Shown here: positions 10,416 through 20,785 of the stretch, one piece after another
Numbering within the stretch: position 1 is the first letter of the stretch
Layout: every line of letters begins with the position of its first letter
Program-made: the position numbers and the translations under genes
NCBI GenBank assembly: GCA_963827755.1
Contig: CAWHCQ010000009.1
Location: forward strand, 1-64,000
Direction of reading: 5' to 3'
Length of the DNA stretch: 64,000 nucleotides
From: an uncultured Gammaproteobacteria bacterium
GTDB lineage: Bacteria; Pseudomonadota; Gammaproteobacteria; UBA9214
The notes under the pieces: generated by a model
What the model was told of the DNA's origin: nothing
Databases searched by the model: none
What the model saw: the letters and a program-made list of their open reading frames with translations, nothing else

Positions 10416-10523
10416 ATTTCGACTTATATGGCGACTTATAATCGATTTTCTTTAATATGTCAATTCGTCAATTATAACGAATTATATAAATATATTATTT
10501 TAATTCGTAATTATTAACGATTT
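10416..10523 (-). promoter_or_regulatory. AT-rich hipBA promoter with three operator-like palindromes
   Basis: AATTCGT-N8-ACGAATT at 10462-10483; near-copy at 10502-10523; weaker copy at 10416-10437. Confidence 0.65.
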
Positions 10524-10577
10524 ATAAAAGTTTTCACATGGCGTTGCACAGTATTCCAGAAATGAAGCCGGCCGCAC

Positions 10578-11079
10578 TCATGCCTGCGTGGCCCGCGGCA
10601 CGATCGCGACTTCATCGCCGTGTTCGATGCGCGTGAACGGTTCGGAAAAATGCCGGTTCACGGTGACCTGCACCCGTTCGGGCGCGAAGGCCTCATCCCA
10701 ACCCGGCCGTCGCCCGGCCAGCCAGGCGAGCAGGGTTTCGACCGTGCTGACCGCTGCCGGCAGTTCGACCTTCTCCTCGTCCTTGCCGGTCAGCTTTGCC
10801 AGCTGGATAAAATACAGCAGCTTGATGCGGACCTTGCCGTCCGTCCCCGGTAAGTCGATCCGTTTCGCGTTGCAGGCCGTTATCCTGCAGCGCCTGCAGA
10901 TAGGCCTGCCAGTTGCGCTCATGGTTCGCGCCCAATGCATGCAGGGTATGCCAGGCATAGTTCGCGGAAAAGCCGTCGTCGAACGTCAGCTGCAACGCCT
11001 CGGTGCCCTGCGGTTCAAGCTGCGTGATCTCGACCCGCTGCTTGCCGTGAAAAACGTATACTGTCCCGAAGGGCGCCAT
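10578..11079 (-). CDS. DUF971-like (N-terminally truncated) / MoaD-ThiS ubiquitin-like fusion, frameshift near 10860
   Basis: HGKQRVEITQLEPQG...LTFDDG...YAW (DUF971 C-half), then IKLLYF...VTVNRHF...IEHGDEVAIVP (MoaD fold). Confidence 0.65.
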
Positions 11080-11154
11080 TCTGACAGGGTGGCGTCACTA
11101 TCAATGTCCTGTTGGTGACGGAATCGCAGGAAGATACATGAGAGCGACAAATCT

Positions 11155-11385
11155 ACATCCTCTTTTGCCACGGAAGCACACGGAAATACATGGAAAGACA
11201 AATCGCGACATCTCTTTTGGCCATGGAAGCACACGGAAATACACGGACAAGGTAAATCCACATCTCTTTTGGCCACGGAAGCTAACGAAATGACGCTGAA
11301 ATATCTATCAACATCCCCTCGCACCCAGGGAGTGGGAATTAATCAGGATTTTTATGTAACACGATTTGTTTCCGTGAATTTCGCG
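11155..11385. repeat. Tandem copies of repeat family A, 51-53 nt period
   Basis: ACATCTCTTTTGGCCACGGAAGCACACGGAAATACA-like units at 11155, 11208 and 11260; partial copy at 11311; reverse half-site near 11369. Confidence 0.8.
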
Positions 11386-11439
11386 TACTGTCCCCGATTG
11401 CTTCCTGTTACCAGGATCACCGACATAGAACACCACCCC

Positions 11440-12823
11440 GTGACCGCAACCGCCTTCTCATCACTGCCTTTGACGGCAGAGCTTTTAGCCAACATCAAGT
11501 CACTGGATTACCAGGTGATGACGTTGATACAGGCACAAAGCCTGCCGGCGGTTCTGCAAGGCAGGGATCTGCTGGCGCAGGCGAAAACGGGCAGCGGCAA
11601 AACGGCCGCCTTCGCCATCGGCATCCTGCACAGACTTGAAACAAAAACCTACCGCACCCAGGCACTGGTGCTCTGCCCCACGCGTGAACTGGCCGACCAG
11701 GTCAGCCGGGAATTCCGCCTGCTGGCGCGCGCCATGCCCAACACCAACATCCTCACCCTGTGCGGCGGCAAACAGATGGGCCCGCAACTGGCCTCGCTGC
11801 AGCGCAACCCGCATATCGTGGTCGGGACACCGGGCCGGATATTGAAACACCTGGAAAAAGGCACCTTGAAACATTGACGGGCTGAAGACGCTGGTGCTGG
11901 ACGAGGCCGACCGCATGCTCGACATGGGTTTTCAGGAAGACATCATGCGCATCATCGAGATGACGCCCGCAGCAACGGCAAACCCTGCTGTTTTCCGCGA
12001 CCTACCCGATGAAATAAAAACCATCAGCGATGCCATCCAGACCGATCCCGTCGATGTCCGCGTGGAAAGCCTGCATGACAATAAACAGATCGAACAAATA
12101 TTTTATGAGATCGAAAAAGGCGCACGCACCCGGACACTGGTTGCCCTGCTGCAGCATTACCGGCCTGAATCGAGCGTGGTGTTCTGCAATCGCAAGAATC
12201 AATGCAAGGAACTGGCCGAGGAATTATGGCAACAGGGTTTCCATGCACTGGCCCTGCACGGCGATCTTGAACAATACGAACGCGACCAGGTGCTGGTACA
12301 GTTTTCCAACAAGAGCAGTTCGGTTCTTATTGCAACGGACGTGGCCGCACGCGGACTCGACATCAAGGACCTGCAGGCCGTGATCAACTTCGAGTTGTCA
12401 CCGGACCCGGAAACCCATATTCACCGCATCGGGCGCACCGGCCGCGCCGGCAATGCAGGCCTGGCCCTCAGCCTGTTCATGGCCTCCGAGCGTTTCAGGA
12501 TCGAGGCGATCGAGGCCTTTCAAAACAGCCCGGTCAGCATAGGGGAAACAGGCTCGCTCAAGACGCGGGAGAACTTCAGCCTGAGCCCGCCGATGGTGAC
12601 CCTGTGCATTCAGGGTGGCCGTAAAGACAAGGTACGCGCGGGTGACATACTCGGCGCCCTGACGGCGGATAGCGGCCTGCCGGGAAAACAGATCGGCAAA
12701 ATCGACATCGCCGACAAGCTTGCCTATGTGGCCGTGGAACGCGCAATCGCCAAACAGGCGCTGAAAATCCTCTCCGAAGGAAAAATAAAAGGCCGCAGGT
12801 TCCGGGTCCGAAAACTGCGCTGA
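11440..12823 (+). CDS. dbpA: ATP-dependent RNA helicase DbpA (frameshifts near 11870, 11967 and 12006)
   Basis: AKTGSGKT, PTRELA, DEAD, SAT (after repair), HRIGRTGR and the C-terminal DbpA RNA-binding domain. Confidence 0.93.
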
Positions 12824-12903
12824 ATCAACAGGACCAACCGTTGATCACCTGGTCATTAAGATCGTCAAGCCTGACGCCATCGATCATGAATCCCCGGTCA
12901 GCA

Positions 12904-12956
12904 TGCAGGAGCGAGCGACAGCTCGCGAACACTTCGCCAGCTAACGCTGGCTCCTG
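12904..12956. repeat. REP-like inverted pair, family D
   Basis: GCAGGAGCGAGC..GCTCGCGAA / TTCGCCAGC..GCTGGCTCCTG; related copy at 51783. Confidence 0.7.
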
Positions 12957-12988
12957 AACGCTGGCTCCGCAACGATCAATTTAGCGTA

Positions 12989-13053
12989 TCAATAGGTTCA
13001 GACTCGATCGATTCGCCGTAACTCCGTCAGATTAATCGAATTTGAACCCATTG
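12989..13053. repeat. Repeat family G (AATCAATCGAGTCTGACCCTATTGA-like), inverted pair
   Basis: Similar copies at 57748-57772 and 59508-59530. Confidence 0.55.
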
Positions 13054-13133
13054 GTGCTACTATCCGCGGGGGGTGTGGAAAATGGGTACGCCCCGCCAGT
13101 CAAACCCATAACAAATCAACAGGAGTAAATACT

Positions 13134-13972
13134 TTGAAACGACTCAACAGAATGACCGGCATGCTTGCCGCAGCGGCCCTGGCCGGCTCGATGGTGATGA
13201 CCGTGGCTGACGCCGGCGGCATGAGCATGGGCAACTCCAGCAGAAACAACCAGTCCGGCTACGGACCCGGCGGCGGTTATGGCCCGGGCTACGGCCCCGG
13301 CTATCAGCAGGGCGACGACAGCGGTTCCGGCTTCGGCATGGGCAGTCGCAGTGACCGCGGATGGACGGGCCGGAGGACGCGCCGGGGTACGGACGCGGCA
13401 GCGACAGCGGTTCCGGCTTCGGCATGGGCAGTCGCAGTGACCGTGGTTATGGACCGGGCGGGCGACGCGGCTTCGGTCCCGGACGACGGCAGCGACAGCG
13501 GTTCCGGCTTCGGCATGGGCAGTCGTAGTGACCGCGGTTTTGGCCCGGAGTAACCGCCGCGGTTTCGGTCCCGACGCGGCAGCGACAGCGGTTCCGGTTT
13601 CGGCATGGGCAGTCGCCGTGACCGCGGATTTGGACCGGGTGGCCGCCGTGGTTTCGGCCCCGGCGGTGAGGGCGGCAGCGGTTCCGACGCTGTCCCTGCC
13701 GGTCAGGAAGGTGGCCCTGCACCGGGTGGGGGCTACGGACCAGGCCTGGCGGTTATGGTCCGGGCGGTGGTTATGGTCCGGGCGGTGGCGGCTTTGGTCC
13801 GGGCGGTGGTTATGGTCCGGGCGGTGGCGGCTTTGGTCCGGGCGGTGGTTATGGTCCGGGCGGTGGCGGCTTTGGTCCGGGCGGTGGTTCTGGTCCGGGC
13901 GGTGGCGGCTATGGTCCGGGCGGCAGTGGCTTTGGACCGGGCAGCGGCTCCGGCTTCGGCATGGGCAACTAG
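13134..13972 (+). CDS. Exported glycine-rich repeat protein, sulfur-globule-protein-like (several frameshifts)
   Basis: AGGAG RBS and TTG start, signal peptide, four ~88-nt units encoding DGSDSGSGFGMGSRSDRGFGPGGRRGFGP, then GYGPGG/GGFGPGG repeats; end inferred after frame repair. Confidence 0.65.
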
Positions 13973-14047
13973 CAGGATGACCGGGTCAGTTTAGTCGGTA
14001 GGTCTTCGCACGCCCTGCAGAAACGACGTTCTGGTCCTGGGAAAGCG

Positions 14048-14106
14048 GGGGCCGGCATTCCTGAATGTGATCGATGATCATACGTCAGGGATTCCGGCCC
14101 TTTTTT
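14048..14106 (+). terminator. Long hairpin followed by a T tract
   Basis: GGGCCGGCATTCCTGA...TCAGGGATTCCGGCCC-TTTTTT. Confidence 0.7.
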
Positions 14107-14217
14107 CTTTCCTGGTGCATGGGCGGCACGCCGCCTATCGATCTGAAGTAGGAAGTACGGGGTCGGACCTCGCGAAGCATTTAAATCAACTTGAATTAGT
14201 TATAAATTTGGCCTGCA

Positions 14218-14850
14218 TCACGTCCCCTTGCTCTGGATCAGGATCCACTGCACCAGTTGTGTGGACAGCGCATTGGCAGCCTGCACCTGTCCGTTGGCGC
14301 GCAGCCATTCCACGGCCCAGCGGTGTCCCATGGCGCTGGCGTTACTGGCACTTGGCCGGTCCGCGAACTGGCGGCTGTGTGCGAGGAACAGAAAGATCGA
14401 CCGTGCCAGTGCATGCACGGTCGCAGACAGCCGGTCCGGGTAGCGCCACTCGCACATGCCCCGGGTGGTGAAGCCCTTGCAGGGATCGCGCGGCCGCAGC
14501 AGCCGCGCCGGCACCCGTCCCCAGTCACGTTCGATCGCCGGGTAGTCCGCGCCCTGCCAGATGTTCACCTTGATGCGGTACTGGTGACACGGCAGCGGTG
14601 GCTCGCCCCCGGGGAGCGGTTCACGGGGAAACCAGCAGACGCTCATGGTGACCGGCGGCGCCTCGCAGTCGATGCGCGGCCGGTGCTGCAGGTCCGTCAT
14701 GGGATAGACACGGATCCAGTGCAGCAGACGGGTATCGTAGGCGGACAGCTTGTCGAGGATGAACTCGATGGCGGGCGCGGCCTGCGTCCTGTCGCTGATC
14801 GACAGGGCCGGGCCACGCTCGGTCATGCAGTCGGAGTACATTACATTCAA
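14218..14850 (-). CDS. Hypothetical protein
   Basis: 210-aa ORF with coding-like GC pattern filling an intergenic gap; no family recognised; start uncertain. Confidence 0.6.
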   Translation of the reverse strand: MNVMYSDCMTERGPALSISDRTQAAPAIEFILDKLSAYDTRLLHWIRVYPMTDLQHRPRIDCEAPPVTMSVCWFPREPLPGGEPPLPCHQYRIKVNIWQGADYPAIERDWGRVPARLLRPRDPCKGFTTRGMCEWRYPDRLSATVHALARSIFLFLAHSRQFADRPSASNASAMGHRWAVEWLRANGQVQAANALSTQLVQWILIQSKGT

Positions 14851-14996
14851 TGGTAGTGCAAAATTCGCGCGAATTCATGAAGCAACAGGGCCAGACCCTT
14901 TTGATCCAACACTTCCCGGCGTCGGCATGGGCGACGTGCCATGCCGAATAGAAGTACGGGGCAAGTTGCAGAGGTCCGCACCCCCGGCACGCCGGT

Positions 14997-15878
14997 TCAG
15001 TCCCTGGGCGTGACGCCGCCGTGATCGATACGTTCGTATTCGGCAATCACCTGCGCACCGAGCAGCAGGATAATGGCCGCAAATTCAAAGCTCAGCAGGA
15101 TGATGATCGTGGTGGCGAGTGAACCGTAAATAATGCTCACAAAGGAAAGGGTTGTGAAATACCAGACCAGGCCATGGCGCGTGAGCTCCCACAAAAGGGT
15201 CGCCGCGATGCCGCCGATCAGGGCGTGGGACCAGGCCAGTTGCCCGACCGGCATGACAAGATAAACAGATGTCAGCAGCAATATCTCGCCAAGCACACCG
15301 AGCAGGTAAAGTACGGTCGCCGTCGTGCTGGTCATGTCGATATCGATGCCGATCAGCGACGGCGTATCCGCGCTGTGCTGGTGCAGCCAGCCGGCCATCA
15401 GGCTGACAACAAGAAAACCGGCGGCCAGCAGCAGGATATAAACATAGGGCAGGATCACCGAGACCAGGTAATGACGGCGCTGAGCCAGCTGGCGATGAAA
15501 GAAGATCATCGACATGGCATTCTCCAGCACCGTGAATGCCAGCGTGCTGAAGAACAGCAGCAACACGACTCCCATGGTGCCGATCACCTTCCAGTTGGAG
15601 AGAAAGGCCTCCAGGTGCTTCGAAAGCACCTCGGTCCGTATTGGCGCGGCCATCGCGAGAATGGTCGAGACCGTCTCGAGCAATAACGCCGGCTCGAAAA
15701 ACTGGGAAAGCACGATCAGCACCAGGGCAAACACCGGAATGATCGACAGCAGGGTGTAGTAGGCCACCGCCCCCGCGAGCAGCAAGCCCTGGTTGTCCCT
15801 GAAACCCTTTATGACGTCGAGCAGGAACCGCCACGGGTGGCTGATAACGTAACTCAAGGGTGACGCGGTGGCGCTCAT
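14997..15878 (-). CDS. YihY/virulence factor BrkB family membrane protein
   Basis: AGAVAYYTLLSIIP and IYGSL motifs, about six TM segments. Confidence 0.88.
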   Translation of the reverse strand: MSATASPLSYVISHPWRFLLDVIKGFRDNQGLLLAGAVAYYTLLSIIPVFALVLIVLSQFFEPALLLETVSTILAMAAPIRTEVLSKHLEAFLSNWKVIGTMGVVLLLFFSTLAFTVLENAMSMIFFHRQLAQRRHYLVSVILPYVYILLLAAGFLVVSLMAGWLHQHSADTPSLIGIDIDMTSTTATVLYLLGVLGEILLLTSVYLVMPVGQLAWSHALIGGIAATLLWELTRHGLVWYFTTLSFVSIIYGSLATTIIILLSFEFAAIILLLGAQVIAEYERIDHGGVTPRD

Positions 15879-16047
15879 ATTTCAGTCAGGGTGGCTTGAT
15901 AATGAATCAGCTATCAATGGATACACGGCCCGTCGATACAGAAAGAACGATAGCACATGGCAGGCTTTGACATGACATTCCGGCAATCTGCGCTACACTG
16001 GCACGACCGGCGACCGCACCCCGTCAATTCGACCATGCCTGCAAGCG

Positions 16048-17509
16048 ATGACAACAAGCGACACTAACGGCTACCGCCTCGTCTCGGCTGTATTCCTGCG
16101 TCTGCTTGGCGGCATCTACCTGATTGCCTTCTTCTCGCTCAGCCTGCAGATCGAGGGCCTGTCCGGCAGCCAGGGCATCCTGCCCGTCGCTGAACGGCTG
16201 GCTGACTTTGCGCAGAACAGCGGCCTGGAACGCTACCTCCTGATCCCCACGCTGTTCTGGCTGAATGCCAGCGACCTGGTATTGACCGGCTCGACGGTTG
16301 CCGGCTGCGTTGCCGCGGTGCTCATTATCTTCAACATCTGGCAACGCCCGGCATTGATAGCCGCATTCGTCCTCTACCTGTCGCTGTTCCAGACCTGCCA
16401 GCCGTTCCTGAATTTCCAGTGGGACTCGCTGCTGATCGAGACCGGATTTCTGGCCATCTTCCTGACACCGCAATCGCGCGTCGTCATCTGGCTGTTCCGC
16501 TGGCTGCTGTTCCGCCTGCGCTTCATGTCGGGAATTTCAAAACTCGCGAGCGGCGATCCCGCCTGGTCCGGCTTCACCGCACTCGACACCTATTTTGAAG
16601 TACAGCCCCTGCCCAACCCGATAGCCTGGTATGTGCACCAGTTTCCGGACTGGCTGCTGCGCTTCGGCACCGGCGCCACCCTGTTTGTGGAAATACTGGT
16701 GCCGTTCATGATGTTCCTGCCGCGGCGCTGGCGCTTTACCGCCGCCTGGATCACGATCCTCTGGCAGGTGCTGATCATCCTTACCAGCAACCACAACTGG
16801 ATCAATTTCCTGACCATCATCCTCTGCCTGTTCCTGTTCGATGACCGGCGCCCTGCGCCGCATACTGCCAACAGCCCTGCAGGCAACGGTAACCGCGCAA
16901 CCGGCAGCCGTGAACAACACGCTCAAGCAGTCCGCCGTTGGCCTGCTCGCGGCCATCATCCTGTCTGTCAGCATGCTGAAAATCTACGAGCTGGCCAGCG
17001 GCCAATCAATACCCGGCACGCTCGGCAAGGCACTCAAATACACAACCGGCTACAGCATCGTCAACAAGTACCACGTCTTCCCGACCATGACGACGCGCCG
17101 GGTCGAACTCGAGGTGCTCGGCTCTCTCGACGGCATCAACTGGAAACCGTATCGCTTCAAGTACAAACCGGATCTGCTCGAAGACCGGCCGCAATTCATC
17201 ATCCCGCACCAGCCACGGCTCGACTGGCAGATGTGGTTCGTCACCCTGCACCCGAGACACCTGCCCTGGTTCGGACATTTCCTCGAGGCGCTGCTCGACA
17301 ACTCGCCGAGGGTCACCGCTCTGCTGGCGCACAACCCCTTCCCGGGTGATCCCCCGCGCTACCTGCGCGTGGATGCCTATCAATACAATTTCACCGACCC
17401 CGACGAGCGCGCGGCAACCGGCAACTGGTGGAAACGCACTCCGCTTGGACCGTTTACCCCCTTGCCGGGGCTTGAACGACCGGAACCGGCAGAGGCCGGC
17501 AAACCCTGA
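16048..17509 (+). CDS. Lipase maturation factor (LMF) family membrane protein (frameshift near 16846)
   Basis: FLNFQWDSLLIETGFL, QPLPNP and PHQPRLDWQMWF motifs. Confidence 0.9.
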
Positions 17510-17571
17510 CAGGGAAATTTCCTGCACCTGCTGGAGCGCTGTTAAAGCACGGCAGGGGTTCATGCAGGGTC

Positions 17572-17636
17572 ATCGCGGATGAGATCCGCTCCTACAAGTG
17601 TATCGTATTCGTGTAGGAGCGGATCTCATCCGCGAT
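17572..17636. repeat. GTAG-type REP family B, inverted pair
   Basis: ATCGCGGATGAGATCCGCTCCTACA and TGTAGGAGCGGATCTCATCCGCGAT. Confidence 0.9.
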
Positions 17637-17664
17637 TAACCTCACTAACAATTGTACAATTATA

Positions 17665-18859
17665 ATGCCGCCCCAACCCCGTTAGAACAGACGTCCTCAT
17701 TATCGGTGCCAGCGCAGCGGGCCTGATGTGCGCCATCGAGGCAGGCAAACGCGGGCGACAGCTTGTCGTCCTCGACCACGCCAACAGGGCCGGCAAGAAA
17801 ATCCTCATGTCGGGTGGCGGCCGTTGCAACTTCACCAACACTGAAATCAGCGCCGACAAGTTCATCTCGCACAATCCCCATTTCTGCAAATCAGCATTAA
17901 GCCGCTATACCCAGTGGGATTTCATTGCCCTGGTGAATGAATACCGGATCCCCTGGCATGAACGTGATCTCGGAAAACTGTTCTGCAATGACAGCGCCAA
18001 AGACATTCTCAACATGCTGCTTGCAGAATGCGCCAAAGTGCATGCAAGCATCCGGCTCAATTGTGCGATCAGGAATATTGAAAAAAAAGAAGACGGCACC
18101 TTCGAGGTAATTACATCAACAGGAACATTCCAGGCAGGCTCGCTCGTGATCGCCAGCGGCGGTCTGTCCATACCGAAAATGTGCGCCAGTCCGCTGGGCT
18201 ACCAGGTTGCCGAACAGTTCGGCCATCACATCTGGCCAACCAGCGCAGGCCTGGTGCCGTTTACCCTGCAGCCGCACGACAGGGAAATACTTGCAGACCT
18301 CGCCGGTATCGCCGTTGCAGGCAAGGTCGGCAACGCGCGCATGCAATTCAGGGAAAATATCCTGTTCACGCATCGGGGCCTGAGTGGCCCCGCCATTTTG
18401 CAGATATCCTCTTACTGGAAAGCGGGTGAAGCGATCAGCATAGACCTGTTACCGGACCTCGACCTGGTGGACTTTATAAAAACACGCCAGGCCAGGCAGC
18501 CGGGCATCAAGTTAAAAACGCTGCTGGCAGAAGTGCTGCCGAGGCGACTTGTCCTTGCACTGCTCGGACAGGAAACCGCGGATAAACCGTTGCAGGAACT
18601 TTCCAGGGCGCGCATCAACGCACTGGGCCAACAGCTGCAGCACTGGCAAATCAAGCCCGGCGGCACCGAGGGGTATCGCACCGCCGAAGTCACCCTCGGC
18701 GGCGTCGACTGTAACGAACTGTCTTCAAGAACCATGGAATCCTGCAAAGTCCCCGGGCTCTACTTCATCGGTGAGGTGGTTGATGTGACAGGCTGGCTCG
18801 GCGGCTACAATTTCCAGTGGGCCTGGTCATCCGGCTGGTGTGCCGGACAGGTGGTTTGA
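17665..18859 (+). CDS. yhiN: HI0933/YhiN family flavoprotein (start out of frame by one base in a C run)
   Basis: DVLIIGASAAG, KILMSGGGRCNFTN, LFTHRGLSGP, GWLGGYNFQWAWSSG. Confidence 0.9.
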
Positions 18860-18927
18860 AGTCGTCAGCAGAATGGACAGACGGCAGGAGCACTGCGCAC
18901 GCGCGACCTGCACCAGCTGCAGAAATA

Positions 18928-18952
18928 ATCGCGGACGAGGTCCGCTCCTACA
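18928..18952. repeat. REP family B variant
   Basis: ATCGCGGACGAGGTCCGCTCCTACA, with a compensatory stem change. Confidence 0.8.
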
Positions 18953-18968
18953 ATGGAGGAACAATGCC

Positions 18969-19409
18969 ATGACCGAACTCGGCCACGTGGTCTATTACAC
19001 AAGAGACCTGGAGGCCTCGGTGAGCTTTTACCGTGATGCCGTCGGCCTCGAGCTCAGCGGCAGGATATTCAACGGCCGTGCCGCCCTGCTGACCGGCGGG
19101 CGCACGCACCACGAACTGCTGTTGATCGAGGTTGGCGATGCACCGGGTCCACTGGCGGGTAAACGCATCGGACTGTACCATGCAGGCTGGAAAATCGGGT
19201 ACAGCCTGGACGAACTGAGACAGGCCAGGGACCGTATACTTGAACAGGGTTATGCGATCGATGGCCAGTCCGATCACACCGTCAGCCAGAGCCTCTACCT
19301 GCGTGACCCCGATGGCAACGAAGTCGAGCTGTTCGTGGACGACCCGGCCTTCGACTGGAGAAGCGATGCCTCGTGGATGGAGGCACCGGTAAAACCGCTG
19401 GTCCTGTGA
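18969..19409 (+). CDS. VOC/glyoxalase family protein
   Basis: ELGHVV, THHELLL, GLYHAG and SLYLRDPDGNEVE motifs; GGAGG RBS. Confidence 0.88.
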   Translation: MTELGHVVYYTRDLEASVSFYRDAVGLELSGRIFNGRAALLTGGRTHHELLLIEVGDAPGPLAGKRIGLYHAGWKIGYSLDELRQARDRILEQGYAIDGQSDHTVSQSLYLRDPDGNEVELFVDDPAFDWRSDASWMEAPVKPLVL

Positions 19410-19466
19410 AAGCGTGAAGACGCATGCAGCCAATTCCTGACAGAACACGCTATCATATGAACCTGT

Positions 19467-20015
19467 ATGGATAACGACGATCTCAAGCGCGCCCGTGATA
19501 CCTGGCAGTTACGCGGGCAGGTCCGGCCCGACGCTGCCGTGCAGCCCGGCCCGGGCCAGGAGTCGGTCTGGGATTACCCGCGCCCGCCGCAGATCGTCGC
19601 CGACACGCGCCTGGTCCAGGTCAGGCTGGATGATGTGACCATTGCCGAGACTCATGCAGCCAAACGCGTGCTCGAGACCGCCAGTCCACCGACGTTTTAC
19701 CTGCCGCCCGAATCAGTGCAGCCCGGCTGCCTGAAGCCGGACACGCAGAGCAGTGTCTGTGAATGGAAAGGCCGCGCCAGCTATTTCAGTGTCTGCGCGG
19801 GAGACCATTGCGTGGACAATGCCGCCTGGACCTACCCTGAACCCCTTGCCGGATTCACGGCCATCAAGGATTACCTGGCGTTCTATCCGGGCCGGCTTGA
19901 GTGTTATGTCGACGGCGAGCGAGTGCGTGCGCAGGCAGGCGGCTTCTACGGCGGCTGGATTACCGCGGAGATTGTCGGCCCGTTCAAGGGCGAACCCGGC
20001 ACCTCGGGTTGGTAA
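19467..20015 (+). CDS. DUF427 family protein
   Basis: ESVWDYPRPP, VLETASPPTFY, CEWKGRA, AAWTYP. Confidence 0.88.
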   Translation: MDNDDLKRARDTWQLRGQVRPDAAVQPGPGQESVWDYPRPPQIVADTRLVQVRLDDVTIAETHAAKRVLETASPPTFYLPPESVQPGCLKPDTQSSVCEWKGRASYFSVCAGDHCVDNAAWTYPEPLAGFTAIKDYLAFYPGRLECYVDGERVRAQAGGFYGGWITAEIVGPFKGEPGTSGW

Positions 20016-20098
20016 AACGGTTGCCGAACCAAACCATGCGCTCAGTATTCGGATTCCTTACACTGGCATTCTTATCTTGCTGAACCAGTGCAACCATT

Positions 20099-20653
20099 AT
20101 GGCGGATGACCTGTTGATAATCGATGACCGGCGCACGGGTGATCTTCACTCGGCGCTGGGAACAAACTGGCGTCCGGTCACAGATGCCGTGATGGGTGGC
20201 CTATCCAGCGGAACACTTGTACCGGATAGCATCGAGGACAAGGCCTGCCTGCGCCTGCGCGGCGATGTCAGGCTGGAAAACAATGGTGGCTTTGTACAGG
20301 CGGCACTTGATGTCAAGGGCACAGCCGCAAGTGATGCCTCGGCTTACGACGGCGTATTGCTGGAAGTGTATGGCAATGACGAGGAATACAAGCTGCACCT
20401 GCGGACCGATGATGTCTGGCTGCCCTGGCAGTCCTACCGTGCCGCGTTTCATGCCGCACCCGGCTGGCATACCGTGCGGTTGCCGTTCGCCGAATTTGAA
20501 AGCTATCGTATCCGCACACCGCTGAATCGCGCGCGTCTTCGGCGCATCGGCGTTGTCGCCATCGGCCGGGCATTCACGGCGGACCTGTGCGTGGCAAGGG
20601 TGGCGCTGTACCGCAACGCCGCACCGCAGCCAGCCACGTCCAAACACCCGTAG
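20099..20653 (+). CDS. CIA30 family protein
   Basis: VTDAVMGGLS and GDVRLENNGGF motifs. Confidence 0.88.
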   Translation: MADDLLIIDDRRTGDLHSALGTNWRPVTDAVMGGLSSGTLVPDSIEDKACLRLRGDVRLENNGGFVQAALDVKGTAASDASAYDGVLLEVYGNDEEYKLHLRTDDVWLPWQSYRAAFHAAPGWHTVRLPFAEFESYRIRTPLNRARLRRIGVVAIGRAFTADLCVARVALYRNAAPQPATSKHP

Positions 20654-20757
20654 GCGCGGATCTCATCGGTGAATATAGGGTAGTGCGAGTCCCGGTCGCG
20701 GATGAGATCCGCTCCTACAGAGGCCAATCCTGTGTAGGAGCGGATCTCATCCGCGAT
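20650..20757. repeat. Cluster of three REP family B elements between convergent genes
   Basis: Degenerate copy at 20650, reverse copy at 20696-20719, forward copy at 20733-20757. Confidence 0.85.
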
Positions 20758-20785
20758 TCATATAAACACAGATATCGCCGCAGGC

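Noticed and set aside
11155-11320. Possible mini-CRISPR
   Set aside because: Variable parts are only about 16-17 nt and mutually similar, and the motif recurs elsewhere as inverted pairs.
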